DNA of 45,432 bases from Rhizaria sp. SCN 62-66 (Eukaryota): positions 1 to 45,432 of the forward strand of contig MEDY01000247.1 of assembly GCA_001724265.1 (NCBI GenBank), written 5' to 3'. The position numbers were made by a program, and so were the translations under genes. Each line of letters starts with the position of its first letter. Positions within the stretch are counted from its first letter, which is position 1. The notes under the pieces are model-generated. The model did no database searches and was not told the DNA's origin. It saw only the letters and a list, made by a program, of their open reading frames with translations. This document shows, one piece after another, positions 1-8,251 of the stretch.

Positions 1-466
1 TGTATTTTGTTGCCAACTTGACTTGAACGAAATCCCTCTGGGCTCCCTCCCCACGGCCCAGAGGCCGGTCCGCGCCATCCTACGACGGACCGATGGTAAC
101 TTTGTATTATTCTTGTTGAAATTTAAAGTTCATTCTAAAATTGAAGTGCATTATCGCAATGCGCACTCGCTTGCCTTCAGATCCCGTCGCCAGCGCGACA
201 GGGGCAGAGGTCCTGAGAGACAATCGCAGGAACCTGCCGCCCGGGCCGGAGCGCACGCATGCGCGCACCGGCTGTCAGAGAGACACTTGAAGCAGACATT
301 CTTGCTGCCCTCATTATCATCATCAATCAAGTACTACCAACATCTTCATCTTCCTCCTCCTCACAGTGACTATCATATCGAAAAGACAAAAACAAACTTG
401 CATCAGTCACAAGTCAGCCGATCTATGTAGCGCATCACGTCCTTACTCAGTACGCAAGGCCCCTGC

Positions 467-3400
467 TTAAATCCTGCTGCCGCCGGACACCACAGCAGTG
501 GTGGTGCGGCGGGTGGCGCGGGGAGCGGCGCCGTCGTCGTTGCCCGCGTTAGCGGCAGCGGCGGCGGCAGCGCCCAGCACGCGGCGCGGGGCGGTAGCGC
601 CAGCAGCACCGGCCGTGCCGGCAGCGGTGGGCGCGCGCGCGGTGCCCGTGGCGAGGCTGGCGCCCGTGCGGCGGGGCACAGCGGCGGAGGCGGCACCCGC
701 GGCGGCGGAGCGCATCGCGGGCTTCTCGAGCGCGGGCGTGGGCGTGGCGCGGCCCGAGGCGGTGCCGGGCGCGCCGAAGGCCGCGGCAAACTTGTCGCGC
801 GCAGACGCGGGCGCGGGCGGCACGTTCTCGGAGCTGGCCGTGTCGAGCGAGAGTTGGCGCAGCAGCGTGGCCGTCGCCGCGGGCGAGGGCGAGGGCGCGG
901 CGACAGAGACCGCGTCCGAGTCCACGGCCAGCGCGGCCACGGCAACAGGCGCAGCAACAGCGACGGGCGCAGCAGCAATGGGCGCGGCAGCGACAGGCAC
1001 GGCGGCAGCCACGGGCGTGGGCGCAGCGACGGGTGTTGCAACAACCGCAGCTGCAGCGGGCTCGGGCAGCGAAGGCAGCTGCTCGGCGTCCTCAGCGGCG
1101 GCAGCAGCGGCCTCGGCGCTGGCAACAGCCATCGCAGCGGCGGCAGCGAGGCCGGCGGCAGTGGCGGCCTCAGCAGCAGCCTCGGCGGCACGGCCCTCGC
1201 TCTCCTGCTCGACCTGCGAGGCGGCAACGGCAGCGGGCGCGGCGGCGGCGAGGGCCTCGGCGTCAACGCCCTCGGGCAGCGCGCGCTCCTGGCCACGCAC
1301 GGCGGCGAGCGCGACGGCCGAGGCGGGGTAGGCCACGCCCGCGACCGTGAGCGCGCTGAGGAACTCGCTCGCTACGGTCGCGCCGGCGTCCTCTGAGTTG
1401 ACGCGCGCCGCGGGGCCGCGCGCGGGCGGCGTCATGAAGAGACCGGCCGCGGGGTGGCCCGCCGAGGCGTCGGCGCCGGCTGCGGCCACGTGCGCGTTGT
1501 GCGCGGCCCGGTACTCGGAGATGATGTCAAGGTGCGGGCGCGTGCGCGTGGCCAGCGCGGGAAACACCCACTCGCGCTTGAGCGGCGTGGTGCCCGTGGG
1601 CACGTCCTGCTGCGTGTCGGAGGTGGCCAGCGCGGTCGCCAGCTCGGCCAGGGCGCCCACGCCTGCGTCCGTCGCGGTATGCGCGCTGGCGGCGGCGGCG
1701 GACATGCCGGCGAGGTCGGCGCGCCAGCTCTCGGCGCCCGTCGCGGCAGCGGTGCGCGCGGCGGTCCAGCGCGCGCCCATCTCGGTCTGCTGCGAGAGCA
1801 GCGCGGCGGCCGCGTCGTCGACGGCTGAGTGGACCTGCTCGGCGTGCGCCGCGCCTGCGCGCTGGGCCGTTTCAACAGCTGCGACCAGCGCGGGCACAGC
1901 CACGCTCGTGATGGCCTTGCTGGCCACCGCGGTGCGCGACGCGACGTCCGTGACGAGCGCGTCGGCCTGATCGTGGTGCGTCGCGCGCATCGCCTCCAGC
2001 GCCGCCGCGGTGTCGCCCGCGCGCGCCGTCAGCGCCGCAGACGCCTCGCCCAGCTTCGCGCACAGCGCAGCGCTCTTGGTCGCGTACTTGCTGCCGAAGG
2101 TCGACAAGGCCTCGCCGCGCGCGGCCGAGTGCGCCTTGACAGCAAGCGCAGCAGCAGCAAGGCGCTCCTGAACGCCAGCAGCGGCGCCCGCAAGCGCCTC
2201 GGCGGCCGCAGCGACAGCGGCAGTGTGCGCCGCGGTCGCGCTCGCGACGGAGCCGTCCAGCGCGGCCATAGCCTTGGTCTGCGCGGTGTGAGCAGCAGCA
2301 ACAGCGGAACGCGCGGCAGCGGACTGCGCGCAGTGCTCGGCGTTGAAGGTGTCGCGCGCGGCGGTGCGGGCCGCAGCACGGGCCTGCTCAGCGTCAGCGG
2401 CGGCGGACAGCGCGACGTCGGTGGCCGACAGCTGCGCGGCAACGTCAGCGCGCGCAGCGTCGGTGGCGGCGGTGTTGCGGTCGCATGCGGCCTGCGCGGC
2501 GGCATGCGCGGTCTGCTGCGCAGCAATGTGAGCGGCAAAGGCGGCGGCTTCGGCTGTGGCGTGAGACTGCTGCTGCTGCGCAAAGGCGGCGTGCGCGCGT
2601 GCAGCGGCAGCCTCCTCCTCGCGGCGCGCGGCGGCGTCAGCGTCGAGCGCCTCAGCGACGGCGGCCATAGCGCTGTCAATGCGCGCAGCCTGCGTGGCCT
2701 TGAACTCGCCCACGAGCGCGGTCACGGCGGACAGCAGGCCCGCGGTCTCAGCACTCAGCTTGGCCTGCATGTCGGCGCGCAGCGAGCGCACCAGCTCGGC
2801 GGCTGAGCTGTGGCGCTCGTCGCGCGCCTGCGTGTCGGCGCCGTCGCGGTCCGCGCGCGCGGCCATGCCGGCCTCGAGCGCGGCGCCAAACTGCGCGCCA
2901 GCGGCGGCGCGCGCGGTCAGCTGCGTCGTGGTCTCGGCGTGCTGCTCCACGCCCAGCGCGCGCTGCGCGTCGTGCGCGGCGGCCAGCCCGGCAAAGTGGG
3001 TGCTCGCGGCGCCGTCGAGCGTCGAGACGCGCTCGCGCAGGGCCGCGGTCTCGGCGGCGGCGGCAGCGGCGTGCTTGGTGGCAGCGGCCGTCTCAGCCGC
3101 GGCGTGCGAGGCGGTGTGCGCAGAGAGTGCGGCGCCCGCGGCGTCGGCGGCCTCCTTGCTCTCGTCAAGCGCAGACTGATGCAACGCGAGCGCGGCACGC
3201 GACGCAGATCCGAACTGCGTGAGCTCGCCAGTCAGCGCGGTCGCAGCAGCGGCGTGTGCGGCGGCGGCGGCGGCAGTGGCGGACGCGGTGGCCTCGGAAG
3301 CGGCGACGGACTCGGTAGAGAAAGTGTTGACAGCGGCAACCTCCTCGGACACGAACTCGTCCGTCTTGGCCTTGACGAAGGCGAGTGAGCGCGTGACCTC

Positions 3401-5536
3401 GTCGCTACTCTTGACGGCAGTCGCGGCGGATGCGGTCACGGCAGCGGCGTGCTCGGAGCTCTTGTCGACGCCCGTGGTCATGGCCTCGACGCCCTCAGCG
3501 GCCGCGAAGGCCAGCGCGGCGCCAGCGGCGACGGCAGCGTCGTAGCCGGCGGCAGCGTCGGCGCGATAAGCGCCCAGCGCAGCGGCCTGCGCCTCGACAA
3601 AGGCAGAGGTCTTGGCACGCACGTTGGCCTCGAGCCCGGCCTGCATGGAGCCGGTGTGCGCGGCGAGCAGCGAGCCCGCGGCGTCGGCGCGGTCGGCCTC
3701 GGCCTGCGCGAAGGCGGCCAGCGTGTCGGCCAGCACGCCGCGCGCGGCCTGGCCCGCCAGGAAGGCGGCCTTGTCGTCGGCGCGGCGCAGCGCGGCGGCC
3801 TCGGCGTGCGCGGCGTGGAAGCGCTCGATTGCGGACAGGTTGTGCTGCTCGACGGCGGCCTTGCGCGCGACCTTGGCGTGCAGCGCATCCTTGTCGCGCA
3901 CGGCGTCGGACAGCGATGACAGCAGGCGGCCGGCCTCGGCCGTAAGCCGGTGCTCGGTCTTGTGCTGCTGGCGCACAACGTGGTCCGTCTCGCCGAGGCG
4001 GTGCGCGGTGCGGAAGAGCGACTGCTCGGTGGTCAGCAGCGTGCCCTTGGTCTCGTCGAGCAGGCCCTGAGTCTCGACGCACTGCGCCGTCATCGCCGCC
4101 AGCTCCTCCTGCGAGGCCTGGAACAGCACGCGGACCTCCTCCCACTCCTTGACCTTGGCTTCGAGCGTGAACTGCGCCTCCTCGAGCATGCGGCACTTGG
4201 ACTGGTAGCCCTCGGTGAGCTCAAGGTACTGCTCGGGCGGCAGGAACGTGCCGGACTTGCAGCGCAGCGCCTCGTTCTCGGCGCGCAGGCGGCGGATCTG
4301 GCCCACAAGGTCGGACATGTAGCCAACCTTGGAGAGCTTCTCGTTGACCTGGGGCTTGTTCTTGATGTTCTTGGCGCGGTGCGCGTACTCGAGCGTCGAC
4401 TGCGACTCGTCAACGCAAATGCCGGAGGGCGAGACCGTAGCAATCATCACCGTCTTAGCGCGGCCACCGAGGGACTCCTGCAGCAGGCGCGTAAGCTTCG
4501 AGTCGCGGTAGGGCACGTAGGGCGTCTTCTCCACCAGCGCGGTGATGACGCGGCCGAGCGTGAGCAGCGACTTGTTGATGTTGCCGGCCTCCTTGGCGCG
4601 GTCGTTCTGCGCGCCGGAGCGGCCAATGCATTCGGAGCCAGCCAGGTCAACGAGGTGCAGTTTGCCCGTCTTGATGATGTCGTCGGCGTCGGAGCCGACC
4701 TCGCGCGTGTGCACCGTGATGGTGAAGACGTAGTGCGAGCGCGACGAGTGCTTGTTCAGGTTCGTCTCGGCGACGCGGCGACGCTGCTGCGAGCGCTTGA
4801 GCATGTCGAAAACGTGGTCTGCGGAGGACGCGATAACCTCTTCCAGGCCAGAGACCATCATGCCCGAGCGGCCCGTGGTGTCCTCGAAGATGCGCAGGGG
4901 CTTGTCGTTGGACTCGGAAAGCAGGTCGGACAGCTCTTCGTTGTACAGCTCAAGGAAAGAAACCTTGACCGAGTACTCAAGCGAGGACTTAAGGCGCTCA
5001 AAGATGGTGTGCACAGTGCGCGGGATGATACCGGCCGAGGGCTCCGAGGGCGAGGACGTGATGGTGCCCTCCATGGTGTGCGTCTTGCCCGTGCCCGTCT
5101 GGCCGTAGGCGAACACAGTGCAGTTGAAGCCGTTCAGAACCTCGTTCACCAGCGGCTCAATCGCAGAGCGGTAGACGTCCTCCTGTGTCGCGTGCGAGTT
5201 AAACACGTTGTCATACGTGTACGTGCGGTCCTGCACCATGGCGGCAGTCTTCTTGGCCTGACGCACGCGCACCTCGTCGCCACCCGACGCGGAGATAACG
5301 ACAGGGAACTGCGGGTTGTCCTTCTCCAGCGAGGACAGCGGGCGGATACGAACCATGACCTTAACGTTGTCATCCTCGCGTCCGGGCTTCTCAGAACCCG
5401 TGTTGGCAGCAGAAGCAGTGTTAGCAGCGGGAGCAGTCGCAGAGGCTTCGGCGCGAGCAGACAGCGCGGAAGCGCCAAAAACAGACGGACGATGCCGGCT
5501 GGTGGACGGGCTTTGCTCTACAGGAAGCGAAGCCAT
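467..5536 (-). CDS. KIF11: Kinesin-5 (BimC/Eg5/KIF11 family) mitotic motor, 1689 aa, no CDS introns
   Basis: Motor motifs GFNCTVFAYGQTGTGKT (P-loop), NKHSSRSH, LVDLAGSE and YVPYRDSKLTRLLQESLGG. A long Ala-rich coiled coil follows. The BimC box PTGTTPLKREW lies at ~1541-1600. Stop TAA. Confidence 0.95.
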   Translation of the reverse strand: MASLPVEQSPSTSRHRPSVFGASALSARAEASATAPAANTASAANTGSEKPGREDDNVKVMVRIRPLSSLEKDNPQFPVVISASGGDEVRVRQAKKTAAMVQDRTYTYDNVFNSHATQEDVYRSAIEPLVNEVLNGFNCTVFAYGQTGTGKTHTMEGTITSSPSEPSAGIIPRTVHTIFERLKSSLEYSVKVSFLELYNEELSDLLSESNDKPLRIFEDTTGRSGMMVSGLEEVIASSADHVFDMLKRSQQRRRVAETNLNKHSSRSHYVFTITVHTREVGSDADDIIKTGKLHLVDLAGSECIGRSGAQNDRAKEAGNINKSLLTLGRVITALVEKTPYVPYRDSKLTRLLQESLGGRAKTVMIATVSPSGICVDESQSTLEYAHRAKNIKNKPQVNEKLSKVGYMSDLVGQIRRLRAENEALRCKSGTFLPPEQYLELTEGYQSKCRMLEEAQFTLEAKVKEWEEVRVLFQASQEELAAMTAQCVETQGLLDETKGTLLTTEQSLFRTAHRLGETDHVVRQQHKTEHRLTAEAGRLLSSLSDAVRDKDALHAKVARKAAVEQHNLSAIERFHAAHAEAAALRRADDKAAFLAGQAARGVLADTLAAFAQAEADRADAAGSLLAAHTGSMQAGLEANVRAKTSAFVEAQAAALGAYRADAAAGYDAAVAAGAALAFAAAEGVEAMTTGVDKSSEHAAAVTASAATAVKSSDEVTRSLAFVKAKTDEFVSEEVAAVNTFSTESVAASEATASATAAAAAAHAAAATALTGELTQFGSASRAALALHQSALDESKEAADAAGAALSAHTASHAAAETAAATKHAAAAAAETAALRERVSTLDGAASTHFAGLAAAHDAQRALGVEQHAETTTQLTARAAAGAQFGAALEAGMAARADRDGADTQARDERHSSAAELVRSLRADMQAKLSAETAGLLSAVTALVGEFKATQAARIDSAMAAVAEALDADAAARREEEAAAARAHAAFAQQQQSHATAEAAAFAAHIAAQQTAHAAAQAACDRNTAATDAARADVAAQLSATDVALSAAADAEQARAAARTAARDTFNAEHCAQSAAARSAVAAAHTAQTKAMAALDGSVASATAAHTAAVAAAAEALAGAAAGVQERLAAAALAVKAHSAARGEALSTFGSKYATKSAALCAKLGEASAALTARAGDTAAALEAMRATHHDQADALVTDVASRTAVASKAITSVAVPALVAAVETAQRAGAAHAEQVHSAVDDAAAALLSQQTEMGARWTAARTAAATGAESWRADLAGMSAAAASAHTATDAGVGALAELATALATSDTQQDVPTGTTPLKREWVFPALATRTRPHLDIISEYRAAHNAHVAAAGADASAGHPAAGLFMTPPARGPAARVNSEDAGATVASEFLSALTVAGVAYPASAVALAAVRGQERALPEGVDAEALAAAAPAAVAASQVEQESEGRAAEAAAEAATAAGLAAAAAMAVASAEAAAAAAEDAEQLPSLPEPAAAAVVATPVAAPTPVAAAVPVAAAPIAAAPVAVAAPVAVAALAVDSDAVSVAAPSPSPAATATLLRQLSLDTASSENVPPAPASARDKFAAAFGAPGTASGRATPTPALEKPAMRSAAAGAASAAVPRRTGASLATGTARAPTAAGTAGAAGATAPRRVLGAAAAAAANAGNDDGAAPRATRRTTTAVVSGGSRI

Positions 5537-5790
5537 GTCCTACTGGAGTAGAAGAGTATTACAAGAGTTGAATTGTGAACGGTATTATATGCGTAGACGC
5601 GAGAAAAACGGAAGTGGTGGAAGCGTGAGTGACAGTTGAAGAACACGCGATCTGTAAAGTGCTTAAATAACTTGCAAAAAACCATTTAGTGACAGTACTA
5701 TCAAAATATCAAAAATAACATTAATCTTATATTTCATACAAACAATAACATGTCTATCCATTGTGAGATCAAAGCAAACAATCACCTGCA

Positions 5791-5873
5791 AAGTTGCCGC
5801 TACCTGTTCGGGTCGTCCGCATCTCAACGGCTCTATTCCTAACGGACGGTTTGTGACCAATGGTGACCGTGAG
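5791..5873. promoter_or_regulatory. Putative promoter module in the kinesin-5/CFAP299 divergent spacer
   Basis: AAGTTGCCGC (5791), CATCTCAACGG (5820), GTTTGTGACC (5849) and ATGGTGACCGTGAG (5860). Each block recurs upstream of MAD2 or of the zinc-finger gene. Confidence 0.5.
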
Positions 5874-6072
5874 CCTGGACTGCAGCCTCGATCGACTTGG
5901 ACAAGGATTGAGAAACGGTCCTCAAAGTATGTGCTTTGGATCATGAAAGCTTGTTTCATTTGGGTTGCGAGATTATGATCTGAGTATATGTGAATTCTGT
6001 TCAATTATTCCGCCTTTTATAGCCTATGTCCCCTTGAATTCCTCCCTTTAATCCACCCCCCCTTCTCACAGA

Positions 6073-7077
6073 ATGGACGCTGGCGCGGCCCGCTCACAAG
6101 GCGTGGTCGCTCGCTTCGCGACCTATGAAGAGTACTTGGACTCTCAAACCACGAACGAGGACCTCGAATACTTGCAGGATGAGACCCTTGCGCGCCGTCT
6201 TGTCGAGCTTGGCTATCGTGGCTCCGGCGAGACACTCAAGAGGTTCGTCCAGACTCCAGTCCTCTTTGATTTAATGATCAATAATCGCTGCTTTATTCTG
6301 ACCTCACATCCGCTATGTATCTGTATCGCTTTATTCTTCTTCTTTTTTTCTTCCTTTTCGACCTCTCACAATCTTTAGGGAAGAGTTTGACGCGCGTAAG
6401 AAGGAGATTGAGGCGAACCGTTTCCGCCCTGTCCAGAAGCCTCCTCAGATCATCTGCAGCGCAGGGCTTGACCTCAGCGAGAAGTACGTCATAATAATGC
6501 TTCCTAACGTACAATATATTCATGACTCTATTGTATGCATCATTTACTTCCTGCCATGCATCTATAACTCCTCTCAACCAGCGACTTTAATACGCTCCTT
6601 CACTTGCTCACATTGACTCGTTTGTACCACCACTTTTCCTTCGTCCCTAGGCCGTTCCTTCGTGCCCTCGCCGAGCGTGAGCAGTTTGTGCGCGCGGGCA
6701 AGCTGACGACGATCATCTTTCTGCGCGACTACAACTCTAAGGGCCAGGAGGTGTCGGGCTACATCGACTATGGACACCGCCTGCAGACCGAGGACTTCCG
6801 TCCCTATTTCGCTGGCAAGAAAAAGCTGCTGCCGCGACCGACTGATCTGAGCTACTACAACTGGGAGACGAGCACGTCAACGTCAAGCTCCTCGCCCAAC
6901 TTCCAAGTCCTGGCTGACGAGGAGCACGGCATTCTGTTTAAGAACCGCCGCGACCGGAAGGTCATCAACGTCGACCCGCGCTCTGAGACGGGCGACAACT
7001 CGGAACGCGTCATGATCGAGACGGAGGAGTTCGAGCAGGTCGTGCTCTATGACCACGTCACGCGCCGCAAGAGCTGA
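6073..7077 (+). CDS. CFAP299: Cilia- and flagella-associated protein 299 (C4orf22/DUF4464 family), 233 aa; exons 6073-6242, 6379-6483, 6651-7077
   Basis: Motifs FATYEEYLDS, LARRLVELGYRGSGETL, PFLRALAERE, GQEVSGYIDYGHRL and KKLLPRPTDLSYYNW. Two GT-AG introns (GTTCGT..TAG, GTACGT..TAG) join the frames. Stop TGA. Confidence 0.9.
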
Positions 7078-7097
7078 AGGAAGAGACAGAACAAGAT

Positions 7098-7130
7098 TCG
7101 ATCCGTTATGAATCGATCCGTTATGAATCG
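7098..7130. repeat. Tandem duplication, 15 bp x2 (TCGATCCGTTATGAA)
   Basis: Exact direct repeat read from the sequence. Confidence 0.9.
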
Positions 7131-7200
7131 TGCCACCGTGGGGCCAGTCAAAACTGTTAATGATACATAGCCATTTTTTTGTCGCGTTTTGAAAAGATAT

Positions 7201-7240
7201 CTCGTTAACCAGATGAATGTCTCGTTAACCAGATGAATGT
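7201..7240. repeat. Tandem duplication, 20 bp x2 (CTCGTTAACCAGATGAATGT)
   Basis: Exact direct repeat read from the sequence. Confidence 0.9.
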
Positions 7241-7439
7241 ATCATCCATGATGAATTGATTCCTGCATTCTGACACTGAACAAACCGACAATCCATTGAT
7301 TCTAATGATTCCGACAATCTGTTTAGGGATGGATTGATTCACTCGCACACATGAAATGTTAATATGTTTCGGATTGTCTTAGAACGCAACATAACCGATG
7401 CAACATAGCCAATTCTTACAAAAGCAAACACATAAAACA

Positions 7440-7466
7440 TGTTTTGAGAGCTGTTTTGAGAGCTGT
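7440..7466. repeat. Tandem duplication, 12 bp x2 (TGTTTTGAGAGC)
   Basis: Exact direct repeat read from the sequence. Confidence 0.85.
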
Positions 7467-8251
7467 AAGCAAAAAATAGCATTTGTCACTCAAAAGTGGG
7501 ATTGTAAGACACATGAAGACGTAACATTTTTTTATTTCAAGTCATAATGAACATCAAGTGCAAACAAAACAAAGAAATCAATATATTTTGTTTTTATAAT
7601 TTGTAAAAATAAAATTAACATTTTTTCATCACTTTTTAGATAATAAAACAGTGTAAATCATTTAAATAAAAATAAAAATAACATATATATTTTTAATTAA
7701 TAAAGTAGTTTAATTTATTATTTAAAAACTTATACATGCAGACATACTGTTAATTTGTGTCAAGATAATTCCCAGATTTTGTCAACAATCATTCAACTAA
7801 GCATTCATAATAAGACGCAATAAAAATAACTATATGAATAAAAGATTTTTGTGCATTTATTTTGCTCAAAAATAATTGTAATAGTAGATTGTATACATTT
7901 ACGTACAAAACAATATTTATTTATTTAGCTCAATTTTATTTGATATATTATTGCTTAAAATTTATTAACCAATATTTTGACCCTTGTTTTCTTGGTAAAA
8001 ATATTACAGACTCAGACATTGTTAGACGAAGACGGCAACGTGCTCTCCACAATCACTAGCGCAAGACAAACTCCGTTGAACAGTTTATCAACCATTTATT
8101 GCGATTTACCAGGCTATCTATGCATGCATTGTTTAATTATATGCATGATTTCACATCTTATTCAGCTGTATTTGGCTCGCATAAGCAGGCGTCCCACAGA
8201 CAGTCCGCGTGGTTGAGCTTCCACTTTTGCTTGCCGGACACCTTGTACAAC

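Noticed and set aside
3950-5551. 533-aa antisense ORF over the kinesin motor, and the many other overlapping ORFs (e.g. 41414-43303, 41851-43206)
   Set aside because: Shadow ORFs expected from extreme GC bias and stop-codon scarcity. They have Arg/Pro-rich or mirror composition and no motifs.
5791-5800. GTTGCC as an RFX X-box for the ciliary gene CFAP299
   Set aside because: Only a half site, and the same block occurs upstream of a gene with no ciliary link.
7098-7466. Direct repeats as a possible CRISPR array or transposon ends
   Set aside because: Units are unrelated, adjacent and two-copy, with no spacers. There is no cas or transposase gene, and the context is eukaryotic.
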